A stretch of DNA of 64,000 nt from Candidatus Micrarchaeota archaeon (GTDB lineage Archaea > Micrarchaeota > Micrarchaeia > Micrarchaeales > CABMGC01). The notes beneath the pieces are model-generated. The model worked only from the letters and a program-made list of their open reading frames with translations, did not search any database and had not been told where the DNA came from. Shown in pieces: positions 8,872 to 18,461 of the stretch. Position 1 is the first letter of the stretch. Each line of letters begins with the position of its first letter. A program made the position numbers and the translations under genes. Location: assembly GCA_028867335.1 (NCBI GenBank), contig JAGWGN010000001.1:113608-177607 (forward strand), given 5' to 3'.

Positions 8872-10113
8872 TCACTGCAGAGGCTGCATTCTTCGGTTGA
8901 GCTCGTCGAAGAACGCGTCGTTCTCCTGCACCGCGCCTGCCTTTATCACCATCGCCTCGTTCTCCTGCATTCCGAGTATCTCCTTTACGAACGCGGACTC
9001 ACTGGCGATGAACCCCTCGCTTCCGCTGTAAGCATTTGCATACTCGCCGCCGCCTATCATGGCCGCTATGTGGTGCGCGTGGTCTTTGTGCACCTTTGTA
9101 GCAAAGACCCTTCCCCCTGACTTCACGATGTCTCCTATCCCCCCCTGCCCGCTCCCTGCGAATGCGCCTGTGACGTCGAAGATCGTGAAGTTGTGCTTCG
9201 GGGCTCCCCGTGCCCTTGAGCGGTACGATCCGCCGACCCGATCCTTGCGCTGTATCACAATCCCGATGCCCGCGAGCACGGCTATTGCAAGGTAGTATAT
9301 CTTGATCGGAGTGCCAAACATCGCATCCGCCCACACGAAGCTAAAGAACGGCGAGAGCAGGTAGGTGTTGGTCACTATCGTCGTCTTGAGCACCTTGAGC
9401 GCGTGCACGTACATGTAGAAGCTGAAGATGTTAGTGATTGCAAGATAAACTATTATCCCGATATCCACTGCGCTCAGCGCGACGAAGTGCGCGCCGCTTC
9501 CAACGAAGAATATCGCGTAGAAGAGCGTGAGCACAAACGTCGAGCCAGCAAGGTAGAGCTCGGTGTCTAGCATCTCCCTCTTGATTATGATGTTTGCAAG
9601 CGCATATCCGACCGCCAGCATTATCACAAGGCCTATTATCGGAAGGTCCACATTGCTTAGAATGTTTGATAGATTCCCTCCGCTAACTCCTATTATTATC
9701 CCGACAAACGCAAGCCCGAGTGCCGCTATCTGGCTCTTGCTTAGCCTCTCGTTTAGCAGGAACGGTATGAAGATCAGCATCAGCAGCGGGTTTAGCCTAA
9801 AGAGCACCGTAGCAAGCGAGGCGCTTATGTAGTGCTCGGCGTACGCTATCCCGTACTGGTATGGGACGTACGACAAAAGCGCGGCAAGCGCTATGTAAAA
9901 CAGCCTCTTCTTGTTTTTCAGCAGGCCCGCAAGCGCAGGCAGCTTGCTCTTTTTCACAAGCAGCGCAATCCCCACCGGTATGCTCAGAAGCGATGCGAGC
10001 AAGAACAGCTCAAAGGCATTGGTCCCTATCGTCAAGACCAGCAGGACCGGCGTGAACGAGCCTATCAGTAGCGATGCGAAGAGGTAGACGTAGGCCTTGG
10101 TGCTTATCTGCAT
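8872..10113 (-). CDS. EamA/DMT-family transporter fused to a roughly 120-aa C-terminal soluble domain of unknown function
   Basis: About 290 aa with two EamA-like halves (10 hydrophobic helices, ..FRLNPLLMLIFIPFLLNERL..). A non-hydrophobic tail follows: GGSYRSRARG...VKSGGRVFATKVHKDHAHHIAAMIGGGEY... Confidence 0.7.
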   Translation of the reverse strand: MQISTKAYVYLFASLLIGSFTPVLLVLTIGTNAFELFLLASLLSIPVGIALLVKKSKLPALAGLLKNKKRLFYIALAALLSYVPYQYGIAYAEHYISASLATVLFRLNPLLMLIFIPFLLNERLSKSQIAALGLAFVGIIIGVSGGNLSNILSNVDLPIIGLVIMLAVGYALANIIIKREMLDTELYLAGSTFVLTLFYAIFFVGSGAHFVALSAVDIGIIVYLAITNIFSFYMYVHALKVLKTTIVTNTYLLSPFFSFVWADAMFGTPIKIYYLAIAVLAGIGIVIQRKDRVGGSYRSRARGAPKHNFTIFDVTGAFAGSGQGGIGDIVKSGGRVFATKVHKDHAHHIAAMIGGGEYANAYSGSEGFIASESAFVKEILGMQENEAMVIKAGAVQENDAFFDELNRRMQPLQ

Positions 10114-10151
10114 AATCAGCTATGGAGATACTCTGCTTAAATACGCTCCTC

Positions 10152-10165
10152 AAAATTGCAATTTT
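10152..10165. promoter_or_regulatory. perfect 14-nt palindrome aaaattgcaatttt in the divergent EamA/Lrp intergenic region; candidate Lrp operator
   Basis: Read directly. A related half-site atttgcaat occurs at 10183-10191. Confidence 0.3.
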
Positions 10166-10235
10166 CCCATGAATCTTTGTGGATTTGCAATGCGTCTTAG
10201 AAAGTAATAAATGCCTTCGTTTGCATGCTATACTC

Positions 10236-11312
10236 ATGGTAGAGTACGAATTCCGCAGCGAGTTCAACGAGAGGTGGAGCCCGTTGCTCAAGAAGATGAT
10301 CAGGCTGCTATCGGAAGATTCAAGGATGTCCATAACCAAGATGACCCAGCACCTCGGCGTCTCGAGGAAGACCGTGGGCGACAAGCTGAAGAAGGCCGAG
10401 GCGGAGCTCGGAATAAGGTACACCCTAGAGCTCGACGAGAACGCGCTTGGCCTCGACAATCCGCACCTTATACTCATCAAGTTCACCGAGAAGCCCGACT
10501 ACGAAGAGGTGGCCAAGATCCTATCCCGCTCCCACATAGCTCAGCTCGCGGTAAAAGTCGAGGGCACATACGACCTCTTCGTCTACGCAAACGCCGAGAG
10601 CTCCAGCGAGTACGTCTACTGGGACAAGACGACCCAGGTGATGCTCTCAAAGTACAAGGCGCACTGGCAGCCCTCCGACCTCGCCTTCAGGCACCTAGGG
10701 TTCTTCCCGATAAGAAATGCGCTGCTGCAGAGACTCGCCATACCAAAGACCTATAAGGAGATACTCCTGCTGCTAAACGAGAACGCGAGGATGTCGCTCA
10801 ACGAGATGGCGCGCAGGCTCGGCATGAAGCCCAACACCCTTGCCTACAACCTAAACAAGCTGCTCAAGATGGGCTACATAAAGAGGTTCACGATCACTAT
10901 GAGCAATCCGCCCAAGGTCTCGATGATGTCCCTCTTCGGGAAGTACATCATCGCGGAGGGGTTCGAGGAGGACTCGATGAAGATGAGAAAGGAGATCACC
11001 TTCCTTGACGACAAGATGCCACTGATCAGCCGCTGCCTCTTCTCGGCGCAGCTGATCGGAAGCTACGACTTCTTCTTCGTGGGGGTCTACGACAGTGATG
11101 CGTTCGGGCTAAAGCATCTGATACGCTACTACAAGGACAGATTCAAGAGGCACAAGGTGAGGGTGATGCACGGGACCATAGGAAAGGTTCTGATAGGGGA
11201 GTTTCCGACAAGGAACCTGGACGTGCGCGCGGAGTTCAACATGATAAAGTGGATACCTGGCGTTGCGCCAAAGGTGGAGAAGCCCACCCCTCTGCCGTCG
11301 CTGCAGCAGTGA
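10236..11312 (+). CDS. tandem (double) Lrp/AsnC-type HTH transcriptional regulator
   Basis: Two HTH_AsnC-like modules: LLKKMIRLLSEDSRMSITKMTQHLGVSRKTVGDKLKK and YKEILLLLNENARMSLNEMARRLGMKPNTLAYNLNKLLKMGYI. I used the first ATG (MVEYEF...); the track ORF begins at an upstream GTG (10179). Confidence 0.7.
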   Translation: MVEYEFRSEFNERWSPLLKKMIRLLSEDSRMSITKMTQHLGVSRKTVGDKLKKAEAELGIRYTLELDENALGLDNPHLILIKFTEKPDYEEVAKILSRSHIAQLAVKVEGTYDLFVYANAESSSEYVYWDKTTQVMLSKYKAHWQPSDLAFRHLGFFPIRNALLQRLAIPKTYKEILLLLNENARMSLNEMARRLGMKPNTLAYNLNKLLKMGYIKRFTITMSNPPKVSMMSLFGKYIIAEGFEEDSMKMRKEITFLDDKMPLISRCLFSAQLIGSYDFFFVGVYDSDAFGLKHLIRYYKDRFKRHKVRVMHGTIGKVLIGEFPTRNLDVRAEFNMIKWIPGVAPKVEKPTPLPSLQQ

Positions 11313-11393
11313 AATCCCAATATTTATATGCTTAATTATAGCTAGAATATACTACTGATTGGGTTTTAAATACTATAAAACCTAGATGATACT

Positions 11394-12101
11394 ATGCAAG
11401 TTAGAAAGGTTCCAAAAACAATCGCCCTCATACCTGACGGGAACAGGCGATGGGCATCAAGCCACAGGATCTCGGTCCTCTCAGGGTACCAGCTCGGCGT
11501 TCAGAAGTTCATAGACTTCAGCGAGTGGTGCCTGGAATACGGTGTAAAAAACATCACGGTCTGGGCTTTCTCCACCGAGAACTTCCGCAGGCCAAAGCAC
11601 GAGATCAACGCGCTGTTTAAGATCTACAAGAAGGCGGCTACCGACCCGAAGATCCTCTCGAGGCTCCATGAGAACAGGACAAGGTTCAATGTCATAGGCG
11701 ACAAGAGCCTGCTGCCAAAGGACCTGCGAACATCCCTCGAGATTGTCGAGGGGCAGACCATGCACTACAAGGACCGCGTGATAAACATGCTGATCGGATA
11801 CGGGGGGAAGGAGGACATATTGCACGCAGTCAAGGAGTATGCAAAGTCGGTGATAAGGATAGGCAAGGTGATAACCCTCACGGATTCGACATTCAAGAAG
11901 TATCTGCGTTCATACGCGATCCCTGACATCGACTTTGTGATAAGGACCTCAAATGAGGAGAGGATCTCAGGATTCCTCCCCTGGCAGATAAGCTACTCGG
12001 AACTTTATTTCGCAGACAAGCTCTGGCCCGACTTTTCAAGGAGCGACCTCAAGAGGGCGATAAGCGAGTACGGCAGGAGAAGCAGGAGGTTCGGAACTTA
12101 A
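11394..12101 (+). CDS. uppS: cis-prenyltransferase (undecaprenyl/dehydrodolichyl diphosphate synthase)
   Basis: IALIPDGNRRWA motif and family-typical length. The C-terminus carries RRFG. Confidence 0.9.
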   Translation: MQVRKVPKTIALIPDGNRRWASSHRISVLSGYQLGVQKFIDFSEWCLEYGVKNITVWAFSTENFRRPKHEINALFKIYKKAATDPKILSRLHENRTRFNVIGDKSLLPKDLRTSLEIVEGQTMHYKDRVINMLIGYGGKEDILHAVKEYAKSVIRIGKVITLTDSTFKKYLRSYAIPDIDFVIRTSNEERISGFLPWQISYSELYFADKLWPDFSRSDLKRAISEYGRRSRRFGT

Positions 12102-12114
12102 AAATAGGGTTTGT

Positions 12115-13962
12115 ATGCCTGACGAGAAGCGGGATCTTTTCCGCTATACTAATTATTTCTCCAAAGAGGCCCCAGCCCTGCATACGCAGTCGATAATCCT
12201 TCTCGCGCTCGGGGTCGTAACGGGGATCCTCTCGATTCTTTTGATCCACCCCCAGGACTTCATACAGAACATCGTCACGTTCACGGGCTACGGCCTGAGC
12301 TCGGGACTTTTGATAGTGAGCCTTCCCGCACTCTTCACGATCGCCATGATAAAGGCGCTCAAGAGGAACATCTTCCTGAAGCATCTGATGTACGCGACAA
12401 TCGTCAGCACCACGATGTACGCGCTCTTCTTGATAGTGAGCAGCGCCTTCTTCTCCCTCTTCCACAGCCTCACCATCTCCTACGTCATCTTCCTTGTAGG
12501 GAATGCGAGCATCTACCTCTTTTGGATAGTGATCGGCAAGTTCCTCTTCGCGCAGAGGAGGGGAGGAAACATCCTGCCTGCCATCCAGCCGATACTAAAC
12601 ATAATGTTCTACATCCCCCTTGGAAAATATCTCCTTGACTTTAACTTCTCCTTCTCCACGGCACTCACCAAACTATTTTTCGGGATGCTGATCTTTCTGA
12701 TCGCAGGGTACCTTGTCTTTTACCTGCTAGACGCTCCGATGAAGAGGGCAACAAACATCTCCGGGATAAAGATCTTCACGATAATGGTCAATCAGTGGCT
12801 ATACAACCCCAAGACCGACACGAACGGCGAGCAGTTCGCCTTCGGCGAGAAGAAGGACATAACCACCGACATTCTGCTGCTAAAGAACAGGAAGGGCAGG
12901 TACAGCGCAATCTTCGTGAAGCCAGACATCCACTACGGCCCGTTCGCGGGGTTCGGAGGGGCAATTACAACAGAGTACCTGGGGAACTACCTGCACAACA
13001 AGTACAACGCAACGGCATTCGTGCTGCACGGACCGGTAAACATCGCAAACAACCCGGTCTCAAGCTCACAGGTCTACACGCTCGCAAAGAACATCTCCTC
13101 CTACATCGATTCGGTCAATCCAAACCGGTTCACAGCAGCCCTGGGCAACATCTACAGCGGCTCAAAGGGCCCATGCAATGCGATACACCTGAAGATAAAC
13201 GACTGTAGCATGGTGACACTATCAAAGGCCCCGCTTGTCACCGAGGACATAAACTACGAGATAGGGATGCACTACAAGAAGCTCGCGGCAAGGCACTCAA
13301 GCAACGCGATAATAATCGATGCGCACAACTCGCGCAGCGAGTCGGCGAGCAAGGAGGAGCTCAAGGGGATATACTTCGGCAGCAAGTATGTCAGCATGTA
13401 TGAGAATGCGATACTGCAGACCCTCGGAAAGAACTCGGTCAAGAAGATGAGGTTCGGCTCATCCCAGCAGAAGATCTCATCGAACCTAGGGAACCCAAAG
13501 GACCTCGGCAACGGATACTCGAGCTTTGCGCTCTTCCAGTTCGGCGGCAAGAAGTTCGGGATGCTCTACTTCGATTCAAACAACATTCTCCCAAAGCTCA
13601 GGGAGGACGTGATCAGGCACGTGAAGGGCAAGTATCACATCGACATTGAGGTGTACACAACAGACACCCACTCAGTCAACTCGCTTGCGCTGCCAAGCAG
13701 CAATGTGCTCGGCAGGTTCACCATCGCATCAAAGCTCCTTCCTGTCGTTGATGCGATGATAGATATGGCCGTCAACAGCACGGAGGAGGTGAGCGCGGCA
13801 AGCGGGAGCTTTGTGAGCAAGGGATTTAGGGTCTGGGGGGAGAACGCGGAGGCGGCCATAACAAAGGCGAGCAAGGAGGCGATAAGGATGGTCAAGCACG
13901 TCGCCCCATTCGTTATCGCCGCGGCGTTTGTAATTGCCGCATGGGTCGTCTACTCTGTCTAG
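12115..13962 (+). CDS. large polytopic membrane protein with a C-terminal soluble domain and terminal TM helix (possibly the archaeal DUF2070 family)
   Basis: 615 aa. The N-terminal about 220 aa is very hydrophobic. The family assignment is from memory of size and architecture only. Confidence 0.6.
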   Translation: MPDEKRDLFRYTNYFSKEAPALHTQSIILLALGVVTGILSILLIHPQDFIQNIVTFTGYGLSSGLLIVSLPALFTIAMIKALKRNIFLKHLMYATIVSTTMYALFLIVSSAFFSLFHSLTISYVIFLVGNASIYLFWIVIGKFLFAQRRGGNILPAIQPILNIMFYIPLGKYLLDFNFSFSTALTKLFFGMLIFLIAGYLVFYLLDAPMKRATNISGIKIFTIMVNQWLYNPKTDTNGEQFAFGEKKDITTDILLLKNRKGRYSAIFVKPDIHYGPFAGFGGAITTEYLGNYLHNKYNATAFVLHGPVNIANNPVSSSQVYTLAKNISSYIDSVNPNRFTAALGNIYSGSKGPCNAIHLKINDCSMVTLSKAPLVTEDINYEIGMHYKKLAARHSSNAIIIDAHNSRSESASKEELKGIYFGSKYVSMYENAILQTLGKNSVKKMRFGSSQQKISSNLGNPKDLGNGYSSFALFQFGGKKFGMLYFDSNNILPKLREDVIRHVKGKYHIDIEVYTTDTHSVNSLALPSSNVLGRFTIASKLLPVVDAMIDMAVNSTEEVSAASGSFVSKGFRVWGENAEAAITKASKEAIRMVKHVAPFVIAAAFVIAAWVVYSV

Positions 13963-15470
13963 GCCCTCTTCGCCTTGATTATCTTCTTTAGCATCAGCTT
14001 GTTTATCCCGTCGACCATCGCATACACGCTTGTTATGACGATGTCCTTGCCGACCGACCTCGCCTCGGCGGTGTTGCCCTGCGCATCCTCGACCTTTATC
14101 GTGACCTCGCAGTTCGCATCCGGCCCGCCCGCAATCGAGTTGAGCTTGTAATCCTTGAGCTTCACGTTCCCTATCGTGCCCGTTATCTGCTGGACCGCCT
14201 TGATCGAGGCATCAACGGGCCCCACCCCGTAGTCGGTCGCCGTGTAGTCCTTCTCGCTTATGTTGAGCTTGACAAAGGCGTACGGCATGTTGCCCATCCC
14301 TGTTGAGACTGAGAATCCGGTAAGTTTCACTATACTCTCAAGCGCCTCGAGCTTCATGACCTCCCCTGCGATAGAGAGCAGCTCAACCTCGGTAACGCTC
14401 TTTCCGCTGTCCCCTATCCCCTTGACCTTTTCGAGTATCTGCTGCAGCTGCTTTTTGTCAGGAGCTATCTCGTACTCCGTGAGCATCGCAAAGACGCCGT
14501 GCGCCCCGGCATGCTTGCCGACCTGGAAAGAGGTGGACCTGCCCACAAGCTCTGGGCTTATAGGCTCGTAGGTGAGGGGGTTGCTTAGCACTCCGTGGGT
14601 GTGTATTCCCGACTCATGCGCGAACGCATTTGCCCCTACTATCGCCTTGTTGGGCTGCGGCTTTATCCCAACGACGTTTGAGATGTACTGGGAGACAGAG
14701 TAGATTCTCTCCGTCTTTATGTTTGTCTCGAACTTCTCGTTGAATTTAAGGCACGTAAGCGCCATTACAAGCTCCTCGAGCGAGGCATTCCCCGCCCTCT
14801 CGCCTATCCCATTGATCGTCACATGCGCGCACTGCGCCCCTGCCTGAATACCAGAAATGGCATTAGCCACCGCGAGCCCGAAGTCGTTGTGGCAGTGCAC
14901 GCTTATAGGAAGCCCGGTTGCCTTGATTGCGTCCCTTGTTATCTCCGCAATGTACTGGGGCGTCGAGTAACCGACTGTGTCGGGTATGTCAAGCCTATCC
15001 ACCCCTGCCGACTTTGCCGCCTTGAATATCTGCGTTAGAAACTCCCTGTCGGTCCTTGTAGCGTCCTCTGCAGAGAATTCCACACTTAGGCCCCTTGACT
15101 TTGCATAATCTATGGACTCAACAGCCCTCTCCATCACCTGCTCCCTTCCCATCTTCAGTTTGTACTGCATGTGGATGTCGGATGTGGCTATGAAGGTATG
15201 GATGTTGGCGAGCCCAGCATCAACCACGGCGTCTATGTCTCTTTGATCCGTCCTTGCAAGCCCGTAGACATCCGCCTTTAGGCCGGCCTTGGATATCCCC
15301 CTCACCGCCTGCATCTCCCCGCCTGATATTACCGGGAATCCAGCCTCGATAGCATCGACTCCAAGCTCGTCGAGCTTGATCGCTATTGCAAGCTTCTGCT
15401 CTGGACTGAGCGCCACACCAGGCGTCTGCTCCCCGTCTCTGAGGGTTGTATCAAAAATCCTGACCTTCAC
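13959..15470 (-). CDS. leuA: 2-isopropylmalate synthase / (R)-citramalate synthase family enzyme
   Basis: IFDTTLRDGEQTPGV and HCHNDFGLAVANAISGIQAGA..TINGIGERAGNASLEE, with a C-terminal LeuA-dimer-like domain. LeuA, CimA and homocitrate synthase cannot be told apart by eye. Confidence 0.85.
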   Translation of the reverse strand: MKVRIFDTTLRDGEQTPGVALSPEQKLAIAIKLDELGVDAIEAGFPVISGGEMQAVRGISKAGLKADVYGLARTDQRDIDAVVDAGLANIHTFIATSDIHMQYKLKMGREQVMERAVESIDYAKSRGLSVEFSAEDATRTDREFLTQIFKAAKSAGVDRLDIPDTVGYSTPQYIAEITRDAIKATGLPISVHCHNDFGLAVANAISGIQAGAQCAHVTINGIGERAGNASLEELVMALTCLKFNEKFETNIKTERIYSVSQYISNVVGIKPQPNKAIVGANAFAHESGIHTHGVLSNPLTYEPISPELVGRSTSFQVGKHAGAHGVFAMLTEYEIAPDKKQLQQILEKVKGIGDSGKSVTEVELLSIAGEVMKLEALESIVKLTGFSVSTGMGNMPYAFVKLNISEKDYTATDYGVGPVDASIKAVQQITGTIGNVKLKDYKLNSIAGGPDANCEVTIKVEDAQGNTAEARSVGKDIVITSVYAMVDGINKLMLKKIIKAKRA

Positions 15471-15547
15471 CTAACCACTTACTCTAGCTATGCGCCGAAC
15501 TGAATTATTATAGGTTTTGTACCAATTCTATTTCTATAGGCAGTTTA

Positions 15548-16474
15548 ATGTCAGACCTTCTATCGATCTTTTATCTGATTGCACTCACCCTTCTAGTCTA
15601 CAGGATTGCAAGGAGCGATAAGCTAAAGGACCTCTTTCCGCTTGCGATTCTTCTCGTCCTCGGCCTGCTGCTCTCACTCTACCAGGGCGCAAATGCCCTT
15701 CTCTTCGCATCGATCCTTGTGGTATTCGATCTGATCGCCTTCACCTACAGCTCAAAGGAGGGATTCTTCATGGTCCTGATTGGGATTGTCTACCTCTTCT
15801 TTGGCGTTCAGTATCTGAGCGTAAACATAGTCGCCCAGACGATGCTGCTAGGGCTCATCTGCGAGTTCTCCCAGATAAAGTTCAACAAGCCAAAGGAGAC
15901 CGACAAGAAGGTCGAGACCAACCGTGACATAGCGCAGATAGCATTCGGCGCAATAATTCTGCTACTGTTCTATTCGATAAAGACCTCCTATGCCGAATTT
16001 GTGATAATCATGCTGATACTCCTGGGCTATCTCACCGTCAACTACGGCGCATCAAACGCGCAGACAAAGGTGGCCACATCTCTTAAGAACCTTGAGAGGA
16101 GCTACACCAAGTTCGGGCAGGGCGCGGCGTGGCTTGCGATAGGGGCTCTCGCCACAATCGGATTCGTGCAGGATGCAAGATACGTCGTGATAATCTTCTT
16201 TGCAATCTTCATAGGCGATGCGCTTGCGACGATAATTGGGATAAGGTTCGGCAAGCGCAAGCTTCCATACAACAAGAAGAAGAGCCTAGCCGGCGCGATC
16301 GCATACTTCCTCTCGGTCGCGATTCTGCCGTATGCCCTATACGGGCCACTTGCAATACCGCTTGCAGCTCTTGCGACCGCGGTTGAGACCCTCCCGATAA
16401 AGCTAGACGATAATTTCAGCGTTCCCGCAGTGCTGATAGTAGTCTATATAATCGCGGAATTCGTGGTGTTTTGA
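15548..16474 (+). CDS. polyprenol (dolichol) kinase-like membrane protein (CTP_transf_1 superfamily)
   Basis: Polytopic protein. The C-terminal motif FIGDALATIIGIRFGKRKLPYNKKKSLAGAIAYF resembles dolichol/phytol kinases. Confidence 0.55.
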   Translation: MSDLLSIFYLIALTLLVYRIARSDKLKDLFPLAILLVLGLLLSLYQGANALLFASILVVFDLIAFTYSSKEGFFMVLIGIVYLFFGVQYLSVNIVAQTMLLGLICEFSQIKFNKPKETDKKVETNRDIAQIAFGAIILLLFYSIKTSYAEFVIIMLILLGYLTVNYGASNAQTKVATSLKNLERSYTKFGQGAAWLAIGALATIGFVQDARYVVIIFFAIFIGDALATIIGIRFGKRKLPYNKKKSLAGAIAYFLSVAILPYALYGPLAIPLAALATAVETLPIKLDDNFSVPAVLIVVYIIAEFVVF

Positions 16475-16812
16475 CGAAAGAAGAGAAGAACAGCAATTCG
16501 CTCGGAGCCCGCCGCTTTAGAAGAGTTGTCGAGGACTTCAAGTGCCTAAAATGCGGGACGCAGGTGAAGGGAAACGGATACACCGACCACTGCCCAAACT
16601 GCCTTTGGGGCCTGCATGTCGATGTAATGCCCGGAGACCGCGCATCAGGCTGCAGGGGCCAGCTTCAGCCGATTAATGTGGTCTACGAAGATGACAGTTA
16701 TGTCATAACATACAAGTGCGTCAAGTGCAGGGCAATTAAAAATTTCAAGGCCTCAAGCGAGGATAATGTGGATGTCCTGGCAAATTTGGCAAATGCCTCT
16801 GCCAAGGCCTGA
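16471..16812 (+). CDS. RNHCP-domain zinc-ribbon protein
   Basis: FKCLKCGTQVKGNGYTDHCPNCLWGLHVD..CRG matches the RNHCP domain pattern. The TTG start overlaps the upstream stop (TTGA). Confidence 0.65.
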   Translation: MTKEEKNSNSLGARRFRRVVEDFKCLKCGTQVKGNGYTDHCPNCLWGLHVDVMPGDRASGCRGQLQPINVVYEDDSYVITYKCVKCRAIKNFKASSEDNVDVLANLANASAKA

Positions 16813-16832
16813 AGGGCGCTCAAGAACAGAGC

Positions 16833-17333
16833 TTAAACCCTTCTTCCTCTCCTTCCGCCAGATCTCTTTGTAGAATCCGTTGGTATTGGTGTGACGTCCT
16901 CGATGCTTCCGATCCTAAATCCGCTTCTAGCTAGCGCCCTTACCACTGCCTGCGCTCCAGATCCCGGCGTCTTTGTGCCGTGGCCTCCTGGCGCCCTGAT
17001 CTTTATGTTAATATGAGTCACTCCCTTCTCGATCGCCTTTGCGGCCACCTTATATGTCGCCTGCATCGCTGCGTAAGGCATCCCCTCTTCATGGTCGTTG
17101 TCTACCACCATTCCTCCGCTTCCTATTGCGAGGGTCTCTGCTCCTGAGAGGTCCGTGAGTGTTATGATCGTGTCGTTCTTTGATGCGTAGATATGGGCTA
17201 CTCCCCATCTTGTTCCCTTTGGCTTGAACTTCTGCGCCGCTGCCTGCACTTCGACCTCAAGGCTAACGTCGCTCTTCTTCTTTGTCGTCTGCTCCTGCTT
17301 CTTCTCTACCTTTGCCGGTGCTTTCTTTGCCAT
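16833..17333 (-). CDS. rps11: 30S ribosomal protein S11 (uS11) with a lysine-rich N-terminal extension
   Basis: [23 protein letters not shown]...[33 protein letters not shown]. Confidence 0.95.
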   Translation of the reverse strand: MAKKAPAKVEKKQEQTTKKKSDVSLEVEVQAAAQKFKPKGTRWGVAHIYASKNDTIITLTDLSGAETLAIGSGGMVVDNDHEEGMPYAAMQATYKVAAKAIEKGVTHINIKIRAPGGHGTKTPGSGAQAVVRALARSGFRIGSIEDVTPIPTDSTKRSGGRRGRRV

Positions 17334-17337
17334 GTAT

Positions 17338-17892
17338 TCACTTTGTCTCTTCCTTCACTTCAACTGCCACGGCCTCAGGAGCCTTTGCATTCTCCGTCTT
17401 TGTGACCAGTGGCGTCTCAATCTTGAATGGTTTGTAGTAGGTGATCTTGTTCTCCTCGTCTCCCGGCACTAGGTATCCCGGAGCCGTTACTCTGTTTCCG
17501 TTTATTGCGATGAATCCGTGGGTGATCAGCTGCCTTGCCTGCTTTGTGGACTTTGCAAGTCCCTTGTTTGCAACCAGGCTCTGCAGTCTCCTTCCGAGAA
17601 TCGCGTCGATGTTAATTATCAGTAGGTCGTCTAGAACCGCGCCGCTGCTTACAACATTGTACTTGACAAGCCTTGCGACAATCTGCCTTCCAACCTCGGG
17701 CGTTGCCTTTCCAGAGAGTACCTCTCTGACCCTTCTCCTGATTCTTCTAAGCTCTGATGCGGCGATCCAAACCTCCTTGAGCGTCTTGAGCCCGAATCTC
17801 TCCTGGATCTTGTGCTCCTCGTCGATTCGCTGCTTTTCCCACATAAAGCCAGGCTTTTCGTACGTCTTCCTTAATTTCTTTGGAGCTCCCAT
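17338..17892 (-). CDS. rps4: 30S ribosomal protein S4 (uS4)
   Basis: [14 protein letters not shown]...[16 protein letters not shown], and an S4 domain with [17 protein letters not shown]. Confidence 0.95.
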   Translation of the reverse strand: MGAPKKLRKTYEKPGFMWEKQRIDEEHKIQERFGLKTLKEVWIAASELRRIRRRVREVLSGKATPEVGRQIVARLVKYNVVSSGAVLDDLLIINIDAILGRRLQSLVANKGLAKSTKQARQLITHGFIAINGNRVTAPGYLVPGDEENKITYYKPFKIETPLVTKTENAKAPEAVAVEVKEETK

Positions 17893-17897
17893 TCAAT

Positions 17898-18437
17898 TCA
17901 CTTCTTCTTGTCCTCAGCAGGCTTTGCAGGCGCTGCTCCAGCGGCTGCGCTCTTCTTCATGACTCCGATCGTGTCGCCCGTTCTGCCGGTCGACCTTGTT
18001 CTTTGTCCCCTCACCCTCTGTCCGTACTGGTGCCTGTATCCTCTCCAGGACTGCTTTCTTATCTCCGCCTCGATCTCCTGCTTCTGCTTTACGATGAGGT
18101 CGCTTCCGACAAGGTGCATGTTCTGGTTCGTCTCAGGTTCCCTCTGCCTGTTGAGCAGATAAGTAGGTATTCCAAACTTTGCCGGCTCCTTTATCACTGC
18201 CTCAAGCTTGTCGATCTCCGCCTCCGTGAGCGATCCGATCTGAACGTTCTTCTTTATGTTGTGGACTCTCTCTGTCACTGTTGCGATTGCGTGCGCCATG
18301 TTGAGTCCGATTCCCTTGACCTGGTTGAGCGCCTTCGGGATCGGGAATGCGCCGTTGATGTCTCGCCCTGCGATTCGAACGATGCTAAGCTCCTCCTGCT
18401 TCTTCATCATCGGCTTGTTTTGTCTCTCTTCACTCAT
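17898..18437 (-). CDS. rps13: 30S ribosomal protein S13 (uS13)
   Basis: IVRIAGRDINGAFPIPKALNQVKGIGLNMAHAI...WRGYRHQYGQRVRGQRTRSTGR. Confidence 0.95.
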   Translation of the reverse strand: MSEERQNKPMMKKQEELSIVRIAGRDINGAFPIPKALNQVKGIGLNMAHAIATVTERVHNIKKNVQIGSLTEAEIDKLEAVIKEPAKFGIPTYLLNRQREPETNQNMHLVGSDLIVKQKQEIEAEIRKQSWRGYRHQYGQRVRGQRTRSTGRTGDTIGVMKKSAAAGAAPAKPAEDKKK

Positions 18438-18461
18438 CTAAACACTTTACTTACTTGGATA

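Noticed and set aside
10010-10486. 158-aa minus-strand ORF bridging the EamA/Lrp intergenic region
   Set aside because: It overlaps both well-supported divergent genes and the promoter spacer. The translation is Ser-rich and low-complexity.
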